Source of the DNA: Lingula anatina | Lineage: Eukaryota; Animalia; Brachiopoda | Assembly: GCA_051362555.1 (NCBI GenBank) | Contig: CM120647.1 | Span: forward strand, 17,584,651 to 17,648,650 | Length of the DNA: 64,000 nucleotides | Direction: 5' to 3' | Shown: positions 27,899-41,900 of the stretch, one piece after another | Layout of the letters: the number at the start of each line of letters is the position of its first letter | How positions within the stretch are numbered: the stretch's first letter is position 1 | Made by a program: the position numbers and the translations under genes | Notes under the pieces: generated by a model | What the model was told of the DNA's origin: nothing | What the model saw: only the letters and a program-made list of their open reading frames with translations | The model's database searches: none

Positions 27899-30800
27899 TG
27901 CATGAGAGAGAGAGTATGTGCGTCTGTGTTTGTGTATGTGTGTGAGAGAGAGTGTGCGTGTGCGTTTGTGTATGTCTGTGAGAGAGAGTGTGTTTGAGAG
28001 AGAGAGAGAGAGAGTGTGTGTATGTGTGTGTGTGTGTGTGTGAGAGAAAGAGAGAGAGGGAGAGAATTTCTCTTGAGAGGGTTCTAAATCACAGGTATCA
28101 GCTTCAACTCTGTTCATTCAATTTACATGTTCCTCTCACCTGTATTGGTCAGATTACATGGCAGGGGCCACATGTGAAAATTATGATGGTGGGATTGCAG
28201 AGTTTCACAGATACATACTTGGTTGGGTGAGTCATGCATTTTAATGGGTGGTAAGTCATGCAACAAGGCACAAATGGGTAGACACAAGGGGTAGACACCA
28301 ATTTTGAAAATTTGCTTATTTTTTCCATGCTTGTCAAGTGAAAAAAACTTTTGATATTTCATCAGTTATATCCATGCAAATTTCAGAGGGCTGTACCACT
28401 CCACCCTCCATTGCCTCAGCCACATACTCCCCGCCACAGGGTCCATACAGAGAGGGCTCCCAGGTGACCTACACCTGCGCTACTGGTCTGGTCCAGACGT
28501 CCGGCAGCAGGACTCTCACCTGTAGAGGGGGTCAGTTTGTGGGGACTAGGATGACCTGTGGAGGTAAGTTATTGGAGATTTGTTCGTCAAGACAAAATGA
28601 ACTCTTTCTGTAGCAGAACTTAATCTGCAGTTGAATAGTTTATAGGGATTAACTTGTAGAGCTAAATTACAGACTATATTTATTTTAAAAATAATAGAAA
28701 AAGCTTATCAATAATCTTGAGAAGGATATCTCACCATTCAACATGTGGGATTCAATCTACAGGTTCTGAATAGACTAAAAAGGAGTCTTTTTCCATGGAG
28801 CAGATTTCTTATGTGTGATATGGTGGAAAATTGTGGTATTGGTTTAAGATTGTTTTTTTCAGTGCATCATGAATCAGATAAATATACTAAGTGGATTAAT
28901 TAATAAATTTGAACATTTCATTCTCAGTTGGCTGTACAAGTGACCCAGTGGCCCCAGCCAATAGCTTCAGCAATGCTACAGGAGGTCCTTATCAAAATGG
29001 CGACATCATCTACTACGAGTGTGTCAGTGGATATGTGCCAACAGGGGGCAGTGCGTTCCTCACCTGTAGCCAGGGGAGGTTTGTTGGGGAGCGACTCACC
29101 TGCTCAGGTAAGTGGTACACGGTATTGCATATCATAGTTAAAATTTAACATTATTATACCAGATGCTAGATGTATACAATAATGTATTTAATGTTATTAA
29201 AAAGCATTTGGCAGAAAATGTGTGTTTTAGGAAAAAATTGAATTTAAATAGAAGATACGACACATGTATATCATGATTTATGTAACTAAAAAAGTAAAGT
29301 GATTTTATTGATTTGAAACTGAAAATAATGTGCTCTAAATTTTCTCTATTCTGGATAGCCATTTACTGTTGTCTTTGATCTTTACATTTCCCAGTATTAA
29401 GTATAATTTTGTCTAATTACCACCAGGTGGCTGCCTGTCCCCTCCTCCCAGCATTCCCAATGCCCTCCTGACGCCAATGGCGCGGCCATATCTGTCAGGC
29501 ATGCTGGCCCAGTACAGGTGTGCCAACAATTACGTCAAAGTTGGAACCAGTGATTCGTTGACGTGTTCCAATGGGCCTTGGATAGGAACAAGAATACAGT
29601 GTCAGCGTAAGTAATGGCAATTGCTTGCTAAATTCCATCGTAACTGATATGATTATATTTTTAGAATAAGATTGTGTTGATAATACTGAAAAATATGTGA
29701 CAATGAAAAAATACAAAGTTGAGTTAAAATAAAATGTTTTCTTTTTTTGTGTGTCAGCAGCCAAAACTTTTAAAACTTCAAATAATGCTCTGTTTTTTGT
29801 TAGCTAGGAGTGTGTGAAATGTTAATGAAATGTTAGTAAGAGACCAGCAAAGGTCTCTAAGGTAAAAAAATTATATTGATAATATCTGATGTTTAAACTT
29901 CTGAATATTCTTGATACATTTCATTGAAATATTTTTCCAGGTGGCTGTACAACTATCCCCAATATTGCTAATGCCCAGAAATTGACCAATGGCAATGTCT
30001 TCACAGAGGGCAGCAGTGTAACATTTGGTTGTGTGACAGGGTACATTCAAGATGGCGGTAGTACATCGCTTGTCTGCAATGGTGGAACTTTTCAGGGAGA
30101 ACAGATCGTTTGCATACGTAAGTTGATTTACATGAGCTGCAGACATTATTTATTCATCACTTATCTTTGATTGTGTATTTTTTGTCAAAAATGACTTCTC
30201 TTTATTTTTAAAACACTTGAAGGCTCAAACAAAATAATGATTCTTTTTATATTGGGTTTGAGAACCAAATTAATATTCAGTACTTTTTCAGAAATGGATC
30301 AAGTCTTTTGAGTGTGTCTTCCTTATTGTTTATGTGTCAATAAAACACCATATACAATACAATTCCCATAATTCTCTTTATGAGTTAATTTTTAAATTTG
30401 ATTAATGAATCAATGAGTACAGTTCACGCATACTCTGTATCTCTTTCAGCTGCCACTGTAAGCTGTAGCACAGAGCCTCCCACTGTGACCAATGCCAGAG
30501 TCATCAAGAGTGGTGCCCCCTATCCAGATGGCGGCACTGTGCAGTATGAGTGCCAGGCCAAATACGTGAAAACAGGGGGCAGCACTAGTCTCACCTGTAA
30601 CCGCGGCAACTGGGTTGGAGACAGGATTGTATGTGCAAGTATGTGATTACTTCTTACTTGTCCCAAATACTGATTGACTATAGCGACTTGAGTGACCATT
30701 CTGACAATATTGCAATTCAGAAATATTATACTATGAATGTTTTAAATTTTTTTCACGCATTTATTTCTTCATTTGCATTTTCGACTTATAATCTATCACT

Positions 30801-32965
30801 TTCTTTTTACAGAGGGATGCAGTGGAAATCCACCAAAGATTCCCAATGGCAATGTGTTCAGCAGTGTGCCGCCATATTTGGAGGGTGCACAAGCAACTTA
30901 CTTTTGTAACAGTGGCTTTGTGGTGGCCAGTGGAGACATAACACTGCGATGCACAGATGGTAGATTTACAGGAACCATTCCTCAATGTAGACGTAAGTGT
31001 CTCTAATAGAACTTGGATTTTTTTTAAATAACCAAATGAAAATGTCAAATTGTATGTTCGAAAAAATATTTTTTTTAACTAGCAGACAATGTTTAAGGTA
31101 TTTATGAAAAATTAGATGTGAATGTTTTCTTTCAATAGTCTCAAAAATAATTTAGTCTTTGACAGAATAAAATAAAAACTCATTAATATCACACTCCTCA
31201 TTTTATTACCTGTAGCCACAAATTTAATCTATTTTATGCCATATTAATAAATTAAGAAATTATTTCACATTGATTTCAGCTGGCTGCCTACAGGCACCAC
31301 CCACAATACCCAACACAGAGCAGAGTGGTTCTGGACCCCCGTACCTAGAGGGCACCTTGACATTCTACACCTGTGCCACGGGGTACATTAAGGTCCAGGG
31401 AGATGACCGACTGACCTGTAGAAATGGACAGTATGTGGGAGCTCCACTGATATGCGAATGTGAGTACAGTATTTATTCTGAAGTTTCAGATACCAAGTAT
31501 TTCATTCTTTTTAGGATTTAAAGTCATGAAGTTTATTACTCACACAGTTGTAATTTCTAATAGTTTGAACCAATTTCAGTTTTTTTTCTTAAAATATCAA
31601 ATCTCCATTTTTGGGTATAGTTCAGCTAATACAAAAAATGTATTATATTATCAGTGTTAAACATGTTTGATGGGCAATAATTTATATGATGTGTGATTTG
31701 ATTAAGTTTGATACTGTCCATATGAAATCCATCCTTAAGAATATAATTTTTAAGGTTGCTTAAAATTGATAATTACATTTCAATTGTTGATTGAGATATG
31801 ATCTCTTCTTCCAGCTGGGTGCCCCGCCCCTCCACAGGTAAACAATGCGGAGGTGGCCCTCCCCCCAGGGGGTCTATACCAGGGCACTGTGGTGACGTAT
31901 TACTGCAGTGATAACTATGTACAGACTGGAGGAAGTAAGACACTGCGCTGTGAGAGAGGAAACTGGACAGGACAGAGAATTCAGTGTAGTTGTAAGTGTG
32001 AATAAGTATTCATGCATATGTGGGGATGGCTAATAGCAATTAAAATACTGTTCTAAGTTTGGCATTGTGATGTTGAATTGGAATTAACATTAAAATGTGT
32101 GTGCAGATTCATGTAGCATTTATTTTTGCAAATAAATATGAGTTCATATTGATATTAAAAAAAGTCTAAATTATATTATTTTATATATGACAGTTCATGA
32201 TTATTGTTATTTTCTATAGCTGGCTGTGCTGGTTCCCCAGAGGTGGTTCCTAATGCAGAATTTACCACAACTTCATCTGAACCTTACCTAGAGGCTGCCG
32301 TCTTGACCTACTCCTGTGTCAGTGGCACTGCTAAGATTGGCGGAGCTGAGCAACTTGTCTGCCGCAGTGGAAAATTTACGTGGAATCAAGGGGGCGCTCT
32401 AGTGTGCCAGGGTATGGATTGATTGCTTTGTTTTGATTATCACACAAGCACATCCAAACACAATTATATCCAATCCAAACACAATCATTCCTAGACATCA
32501 TGGCACAGCTAACACAATTACATTCCTGGTACAACTAATACGGTAATCAGATGACTTTGAAAAATGGTGTTTTATTATAGAAAGATTCAAGATATATGTG
32601 CAATCAAGCTAGAATTCTGAATTATCAATATGATGATCATTCATGTCCATGAAGATGACTTCTAAGCTGCATTTATTAGTCAGATGTGAAATATGTCAAC
32701 TGCAAAGATAATGAAAATAAGTCATCCTCAAAATTTAAAAACATTGTATCTTATTACAGCTGGTTGCCAGGGAGCACCTCCCACCATACCACGTGCTACT
32801 CACAATGGCGCAGGTGGTCCATACCTACAGGGTACAGCAATTACGTACACATGCAACAGTGGATTTGTTGCAAATGGCGGCAGTCGCACTCTGACTTGTC
32901 GAGGAACAACTTTCCAGGGAGAGCCTTTACAGTGTGCAGGTGATGAGATATTTTGTATGTTCTTT

Positions 32966-32999
<34 letters not shown>

Positions 33000-35900
33000 A
33001 AATGGTTAATAGAATATAGATAAAGATACTTTTGAAGTTTAAGAGTAGATGACCTCTAGAGAGTTGAATTTTTCACTTTTATTTGGCAAAAATGATGTCA
33101 CACCATTAGTCACATAGGACACAACCATTTGTCTCATCCAACACAATCAAATGTCCCACCTAACACAATAACTTCTTCATTTCCAGCTGGGTGTGAGAGT
33201 CAACCACCTTCAGTTCCCAGAACAGTCAATAACGGCGGCAGTGGACCATATCTAACAGGACAAGTTGTCAGCTATAGCTGTGCTGCGGGTAACGTGGCAA
33301 TCTCGGGAGATCGCGACCTCAGGTGCAACAATGGACCTTGGGTGGGAAACAGGCTGAACTGTCAATGTAAGCATCAGCTCTTGTGACTTGACCTTTTTAT
33401 GAAATGAGTAAAATTTTATATATAGAACTGATGAATGAAGATGTGATATATTTGTAGGAGAATTTAAGTTTGTGAATTATTCGTTCCCAACTAGTAAGGG
33501 ACCTGTATTTCTAAATGCAAACTTCTTAAACAGCCATGTGGTAGTAAAATATGATAGAAAGTACAGTAATGAATGAAAATCAGAATATAAATAACATTAT
33601 CCATTCTTCAACAGCTGGTTGTAGTCAGAGCCTCCCAGAAGTCCTTGGCGGTGGTTATGTGGCCCCCACAGGTCCAGTGACGCAGGGGACACAGATCACA
33701 TACAACTGCAGCCAGGGGTTTGTACAGGTGGCGGGTTCGTCCTCGCTGATCTGTAACAATGGAGTCCTGCAGTGGCAGGGGGGAGAGCTACAGTGTCGAC
33801 GTAAGTATATAGCCAGAGAATAGATTTTAGGTGGTGTTGGGTGTGATAGGGGTTGGGGTTGGGTGTGATGGTGGTTGATTATAGAGATATCATTTAAAAT
33901 GTTGCTGTGCGCTGGGGTTTATATATAGGTTAGAAGCTTTTTATAATTTACATGTATTATGAAGCTGTATATACAAAGACACAGAAGTGCATAAAAGTAT
34001 GTGGTGCTTTTTTTATTTGAGTAATGTCTCTGCAGTATTATTCTGATAATTCCCTTCTTACTGTTTCTTTATTTATTCATTTATTCATGGATTCATTAAT
34101 TCTGTCTCAGATAGTTTTTATCCAGTAAGTTTTTGAGAGAACCTTTTTGTGATGAAATTTTGACACCAAGTTGCCTTGGACATCAGATAATATTTTTCTC
34201 TTGCCAGCTGGCTGTACTGAAGTACCCACAATTCCCAATGCCAGGGTGAGAGCAGCAGCACCACCTTTCAGACAGAACTCCTTGGTCTTGTATGAGTGCA
34301 ACCCAGGCTACATTCAGACTGGTGGCTCCATCTTTCTATCCTGTAACAATGGACAGTTTGTCGGACAAAATATAGTCTGTGAACGTAAGAAGAATCTTGA
34401 TTTTTTTGGCACTTTATTGTGAAAAGCATTTGCTATTTTGAGACTTCAAACACATTTTTTTTTCTCTTTTGTAAATCAGAGAATTCTAGTACTTTGCATT
34501 TAAACATTGATTTTATAATTTGATCCTGTTTCCTTGTACAAAAAAGACATTCTTGATACATATTTTAAGTAGAAATGTTAATGGAGATAATTGATTTACT
34601 TTAAAAAATTACATTTCAAATCATCATTTTTGCACCAATTTTCACTCTTCTTATTAAAAAAAACAGTTTTCTTGATAACATGAACTGATGAATCATTAAT
34701 ATTCCATTTCGTGCAGCTGAAAAAATAGAATGTATCAGAGAGCCGCCATTGGTGGCTAATGCTGTCAACAATGGAGCAGGAGCACCTTATGCAGATGGCG
34801 CCACTGTCACCTATAGCTGTGCTGAGGGCTACGTCAAAGTGGGCGGGGGCTTGGAGTTGACATGCAGTAGGAATGAGTTTTTAGGGACCAGGATTCAGTG
34901 TGCATGTGAGTAACTGCTGAAACAAATTTAAGTATTTCCGCCCCTTATTTTGCTGATTATTTTGTTACTGTTTCATTAGTTAATTTTATCTTCATCTTGG
35001 GAAATTTTCATTTTTGAACCATTTTGTCTTTAGACGTGTGATTAAAAAAATCACAAATAACTTTAAACCAGCCTAGTTGAACTGAATTATTCAACAAAAA
35101 AAAAAATAAATAAAAAGCTTTTTTGTCCAATTTCCATTCCTAGCTGGCTGTAAGGAAGCACCATCTGTGGGTCAGAATTCAAACCGTAACCTTGGTGCGG
35201 CACCATATCTAGAGGGAGTCACAGCCCGTTATTCCTGTATCTCTGGTTATGTCCCCGTCAGTGGCCAGACCTCCCTCACATGTAGCAGTGGGACATTTCG
35301 TGGAGATCCACTTGTCTGCAGACGTAAGATTTACAAGTGGAGGGAAATTATATAAAATGATTGCTGCATTATCCCCTCACATACTTAAATGTTAGATTTG
35401 TGACTGAGTATTAGACTGAATTCAGTATAATTTGCAACGGCATAAACATATTGTCAATTTTTAGAGAGATATATATTTCAGTCTTTTGTCTCTGAAAAAT
35501 GTGTCTTGGATTAAAGAATTGCCATAATAATCATAAATGAATACTTTATGAATGTCCTCAAATTTTAAATTTACAAAGTAATAATGAGAAGAAATTTTCC
35601 CTATGTAACTTATCTGTCTATAACATTATGGCTTGTCTTGTCAGGTGGTTGTAGTGGAACGCCCCCTACACCTCCGCTGACCAGCCATGACAGGACAACA
35701 GGACCCTATCTCCAAGGAGACATCATCACCTACCAATGCTTGCAGGGAAATATCAAAACATCTGGTGACACCCAACTTCGTTGTGATGGAGGGAATTTTG
35801 TCGGCCAAGCTCTTGTTTGTGAAGGTAGTTAAGATTCCTTGTAGTTTGTCATTGGATTTGAGCTTGAATAATAGAAATGGAATTCTCTCTTTTTTATAAT

Positions 35901-38900
35901 TAGTATATTAAAGTGAACCAAATATATATTCAAAAGATTTAGATGCTCTTAAAGAACACATAAAATTATAAAGGAAATCTTTTCTACACATCAGGTAGTG
36001 GATGCAAGGTTCATCAAACATAATAGACTTTCCACTCATTGCTTTAAATTTTTTATCTTTTATGTTTGCACATGTTGAACATGTCTTTCTTTCTTAGAAT
36101 TTGCAATTTTAATGTATAAAAAACATGATATTCAAAGAATTTTCCTTGTTTTTTTTACCAGCTGGCTGTTCAGGCAGCCCTCCATCTGTGATCAATGCAG
36201 ACCTGAGTGCAGGCTCAGGCCCCTACAGGGAGGGGTATGTGGTGACCTACTCCTGCGCCACAGGGTACCTCCAGACTGGGGGACAGCGCTTCCTCACCTG
36301 CCGCAGTGGCTCCTTCCAGGGAGAGAGGATACGCTGTCAAAGTAGGTCAAGTTTTGGGCTGTATAGAAATGATATTGTTGCAGTTACGTAATAGCACATC
36401 CTTCACTTCCGAAATTGTGCTCAACTTCAGTATATAGTTAATACAGTTGTCCCTTTCTACATCCCTCTGTCTGTTCGTCCATCCATCCATCAACATTCAT
36501 CAACCTCTATATAGTGTAAAACACTAACACAACACTGGTTTTATAGCATTTATTTTCTCTAAACATACACAAACAGAGCTAAACTACAGCCAAGTTTTGT
36601 ATATAACTTAGAATGAAAAAAAAAATTAATGCAAACAAAGTTCACAGTGTACTGGTAGTACAACAATGCATTAAAAAAAGTTACTGTAATAATCAACACT
36701 GGCACTGGTTTCATTCTTTCTCTTTCACCTTCACAGGTGGATGTCCCAACCAGCCTCCACAGATCCCCAATGCGGTCATGTCAGGTGTGATCAGCCAGCC
36801 ATTCTTACAGGGCAGCTCTGTCAGCTATGTGTGTAACCTGGGCTTTGTGTCTGCCACCTCCAGCTCTATGTCCATCACATGCCAGCAGGGACAGTGGGTG
36901 GGCATGGAGAGTATTAGATGTCAAGGTAATGTGTTAGCTGTGACAGTGTATTAGGTGTGACAGTGTGTTAGGTGTGACAGCAAGGACAGTGGGTGGGCAT
37001 AGAGAGTATTAGATGTCAAGGTAATGTGTTAGGTGTGACAGTGTGTTAGGTGTGAGAGTGTGTTAGCTGTGACAGTGTGTTAGGTGTGACAGTGTGTTAG
37101 CTGTGACAGTGTCTTAGTTGTGACAGCAGGGACAATGGAGGCATGGAGAGTATAAGATTTCATTGTAATGTGCTAGATGTGACATTATGTTGGGTGTGAC
37201 AACATGCTAGACATTGCAGTGTTATTTGTATGGCAGTTTAACCATTCCTTTTTCAAAATATAGAATAGGTAAAAAATCTGTGATATGGAACACACTGAAC
37301 AGAAAAAAGTTCTTGGATGTAATTTTGCTGACAGCCAGTAAAGTTTTATTTTAAAAATCATTTTGTAATAATAATGGCGGTTTTTTTTTTATCAAATTGG
37401 TAAAAGGAGACTAATCAGTGTTCATGATCATTATAATGGTATTGTCAGCCACACATGTTACAAATAACATGATGTTATATCTAACTGCTTCAGCTGGATG
37501 TAGTGACAGTCCTCCCTCTATCCCCTTTGCCACCCACAATGGCCGCAACGAGTCATCCGTCCAAGGTACCAGGGTCACTTACACGTGTCGGAATGGATTC
37601 ATCGCAGTGCGTGGAAGTCGAGTCTTAATGTGTGGCAGCAGTGGAGGTTATGAAGGCGAGAGACTTGTCTGTCAACGTAAGTGATTTTACGAATCATAAG
37701 TTAAAAGGAAACACTGAATTGAAGTAAGCAAAGAGTTAAGCATCCATTAAATATTGAATTTCTGATATTTTTTATTGTATATGAGCTAATTATTGCGAGA
37801 ATGATTATTATTTGTTTGCTGTTTCATGAAAACAGATACATTAAAGTTATAATTTTCTTTAAGTAATGTATTCAAAACACACTTCCAGCTGGGTGCGATA
37901 ACGAGCCGCCATCAATTTTTGGAGCAACTAACGATGCTAGTGGTGCCCCCTATCAGCAGGGTCATAGAGTGAGGTATTCCTGCACCACAGGCAATGTTGC
38001 CATTAATGGCAGTGATGTTCTTACCTGTAATGCAGGTACATGGGAAGGCCAGAGACTACAGTGTAGACGTAAGTTCAGTTGTGTTAGGGAGCATTTCACT
38101 TTAAATTTGAATTATAAGTACAAGTATCATTATGAGATGTATAAATAGGTTTTTGGTTTGTTATTATTATTATTATTTTTGTAGTTTTTGTTCTGTTCCA
38201 TTTTTTTAATCACTTTACATACATTTTTTACAAAATTATTTTGTCTTTTATTTATTTATTTACATTTATTTTAAATGCTTTTAAAGTTTTTGATTTATTT
38301 CCTAATATTTTTTCCCAAAATCTTTTCTTTGTTAAAATTTTCGATGCCTTCATTTATCTTCTTATTATTTAATTTTTTACTCAGCTGGTTGCTCCCAGAA
38401 TCCACCTTTCATCTTTGGTGCCTCTTTTGTGGTCCCCGGGGTACCCACCCAGGGGTCTACTGGCCCCCAGGGGTCAAGCGGTCCACTAGGACCTGTGTTA
38501 CCTGCCTATGTCCTGCAGGGCACACAGATTCAGTACACGTGCGACACAGGAAGAGTGCGTGTCTCTGGCTCCCTCACTCTCACATGTGATAATGGTATAT
38601 ATGTTGGAGAGAGGATAAAGTGTGAATGTAAGCAAAAATAATTTTTATTTTTTATATATGCATTGATTAAGTTAGCATGTGATTTTAACCAGGTTTCTTG
38701 AATTGAAAGTTGATTTGAATATTTTGTTATTAATTCTTCAAATGTATGTTATTTTATGTTTTTCATATTAATTAAAATCACCAATTGCCATAAATACATT
38801 TAGTTTCTTAACAGTTGCTTTTGTCAGTCTTTAAGAAATTACTGTCAGATTTGTGCCTTACTTTAATTGGTAAAATGAGTTTGTGCCTGTTTCCAATCAA

Positions 38901-41900
38901 ACATTAAATTTACAGTGGGCTGTGTGAGTGCACCTGTCATCCCCAATGCTGTTATCAGTGTGGGTGAGGCACCATACCTACGAGCAGAGACCGTCACGTA
39001 TGCATGCGCCGAGAGATACATCAAGTCAGGAGGACAGGAGACACTGGTGTGTGGACGCAATGGTTTTGAGGGAGAAAGACTTCAGTGTGAACGTAAGTTG
39101 ACCGAGCTTTGACAATCACATTCTTTTGAATTACAAACAGAGCGTCAGTTATGAGGACATTGCACCTTTTAATACTTGGATTTTGTGTGGTGAATTGATA
39201 TGTATGAGGCCCAAAATTTCATAACATACATTTTTTTAATTCATTGGGAATTCACACATTGTAAGGTATTCATTATCCTGTCTATCATTATTTACAAAAC
39301 AAACTAATGGTGGCTGTCATTGTTCATCGTTTCAGCTAAAATTGTTGGTTGCTACCAGGAGCCTCCCTCTCCAGCCAATGCCGTCAGCAGTGCCACAGGT
39401 TCCCCATACGCAGAAGGTGTCACCGTCACCTACAGCTGTGCCACGGGTTATGTAAAGATCAGCGGAGACAGCAGCTTGACTTGCCGTAATGAGCAGTGGC
39501 AAGGAAGTAACATTGTGTGTAGAGGTAAGGGTGAGCAGAGAGGGTCAGTTTACCAGAATTATTCATTTCAGCCATCTGTCAATTTGATAGGTTTGTAGCT
39601 TATAGCATATAAAGGTATTATGTATCTATATATCACAGTGCAATCCACTTGTCACCTTTATCCCAAAGACTTTCCTATCAAAATATCAAACCCATCATTA
39701 TTTTCATGTTATCTCACCCAATACATCACAGTGCCTCACTTAGCACATTCACTTAATGTATCCCCAAAATGTTATCACAATATCTCACCTAACACATTAT
39801 ATATTATATCTCATTCCAGAGGGCTGTCCGTCCAACCCACCAGATGCACCCTTCGCCACATATCAAGCTGGCTTTATCCCCCGTCTTGAGGGCAGTGTCG
39901 CCACCTATACTTGTGTACCTGGTACAATCCAGGTGGGCGGGGACAGGGTGTTGGAGTGCATTGATGGACAGTTCAGGGGGCAGCTGATTCAGTGCCAAGG
40001 TTTGTATGGGAATCATCAGATTTAGAAGGATTGACATTTATTATGAAAGACATATTTTACACTGACTGTGATAATTTCAAATTTGTGAAGATGTTTTTTT
40101 CTATTTTAGTGATAACATTTTATGATTTATTTGTGTAAAATGATATCCAGCAGTTGTTAGGACTTTGTTTACCACAAATATGCATATTGACCAAAATAAG
40201 ATATGACTGTGAATTAGTCTGTAAATTTTCTTCATGTTGATAACATTTCTGTATAACAATTAAACAGATAAAGAAAAAATTCAAAGACAACCTCAAAATC
40301 ATTTCTAGCCGGCTGTGGGAATCCACCCTCTATCACTAATGCCATAACATCATCGAGTGGACCCTATACTGAGGATTACATCGTGACTTATCGCTGTGCA
40401 GAGCGTTACATCCAAACAGGTGGTGACAGCAACCTACGCTGTCAGAGGGGAAGCTACGTGGGCCAGAGGATTGTTTGTGAACGTACGTGTAGGAAAGTTT
40501 TTTTTAGAGTTCTTGATGATATTTCTTAATTTCATGATTTTTTAAATGATTTAACTAGAATTATGGAACAAGTGGGATAGGTTTAAGAGATAATGATAGA
40601 ACTTATTTGTAATTTGAATTTCATTGGTGATGTCTCCATACTGGTAATTAAGTAATGACTGTCAAACCCTGCAGTACATATTTATCATTTACATGACAAA
40701 ATTTCTTGTGATAACAATTTTAGCCTGTCAGTTGTTTTCTAAAATAAAGCCATCTTTTTGGTATTTTACAGCTGGTTGCCTTGGCAACCCACCTGAGGTT
40801 CCATTCGCTGCCCATGACATTGTGTCTCCTCCATATCGCAGTGGACTGACAGTCAGCTATGGCTGCACTACAGGATATGTCAGGGTCAGAGGGGACACCT
40901 CCCTCACCTGCAGAAATGGGGTGTTTGAAGGCACTGTTATTGACTGTAGAGGTCAGCACTGTTTTTTGTCAAATTTTTTCATTATGAGTTGTGATAGTTG
41001 TACTGTATTGTTTCTTTCTATTGTTTTAGTCAAATTTGTAGTTATTACTCAAAAGTAAATTTGCAACAGACAGTGATATGTTTCATATTATCCAAAGCTA
41101 AATTTGGTTACAATTATAGCAAAGTCAATGAGCCCAGCAACACACATCTGCTAAGTTATCACCACAGAAATTATTGAACAACTTGTACTTAATGTATAGT
41201 AATGTAGCCCTTAATGTCACACCAAAACACAATCATGCTGTATAACACAATCTTTTGTATAACACAATCATGTATAACACAATCTTCCTACCTGTATTAC
41301 AGCTGGCTGTGCTGGCAGCCCACCTACCATCCCTAACGCAGAGCTGCTGACTGTTGGACAAGGACCATTCCTAGAGGGAGACACTGTACGATATGGTTGT
41401 AGCTCTGGTCGAGTGTCCATAGGTGGTGATGCTGTTCTCAGGTGCAGAAATGGCATCTGGGAAGGCAGACGCCTACAGTGTGATGGTAGGTTCTTTTTGG
41501 CTTTATCAATTTAGATTTTCCTCAAACTTTTTGATAGTTTATTGTTTACAAAATTTCTTTTACACTTGATTGGTAGAACCTGTAATAAAAATAATTTATA
41601 CTAAAAATAAAATCCTAGAAAAGGAATTTGATTTTCTAATGCCCATACTGAACTCATTTTAATAATTAACTATTTTCATGTTTGTGAAATTTTAAACAAT
41701 TTGCAAAAAAAAAAAAAAAAAAATAGACATTTAAAAAAAAATTGGCTCTTTTTCAGTTGGCTGCCTCCAACAGCCTCCCAGTGTTCCCAACACCAAGCTG
41801 GTGGCGGCCTCTAGTGGGCCGTATCCCAATGGCGCCGAGGTGGAGTATAGCTGTGTGGACAACATGGTCATGGTGTCAGGCAACAGAATGAAGTCTTGTA

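Noticed and set aside
27830-28230. HT/CV/ER-repeat ORFs (also 59159..59594 and 49021..49453)
   Set aside because: Microsatellite or low-complexity translations.
35299-40896. Two RGD tripeptides (exon 61 at 35299, exon 72 at 40888)
   Set aside because: One or two are expected by chance in about 5,500 Gly-rich residues, and they are not conserved in paralogous modules.
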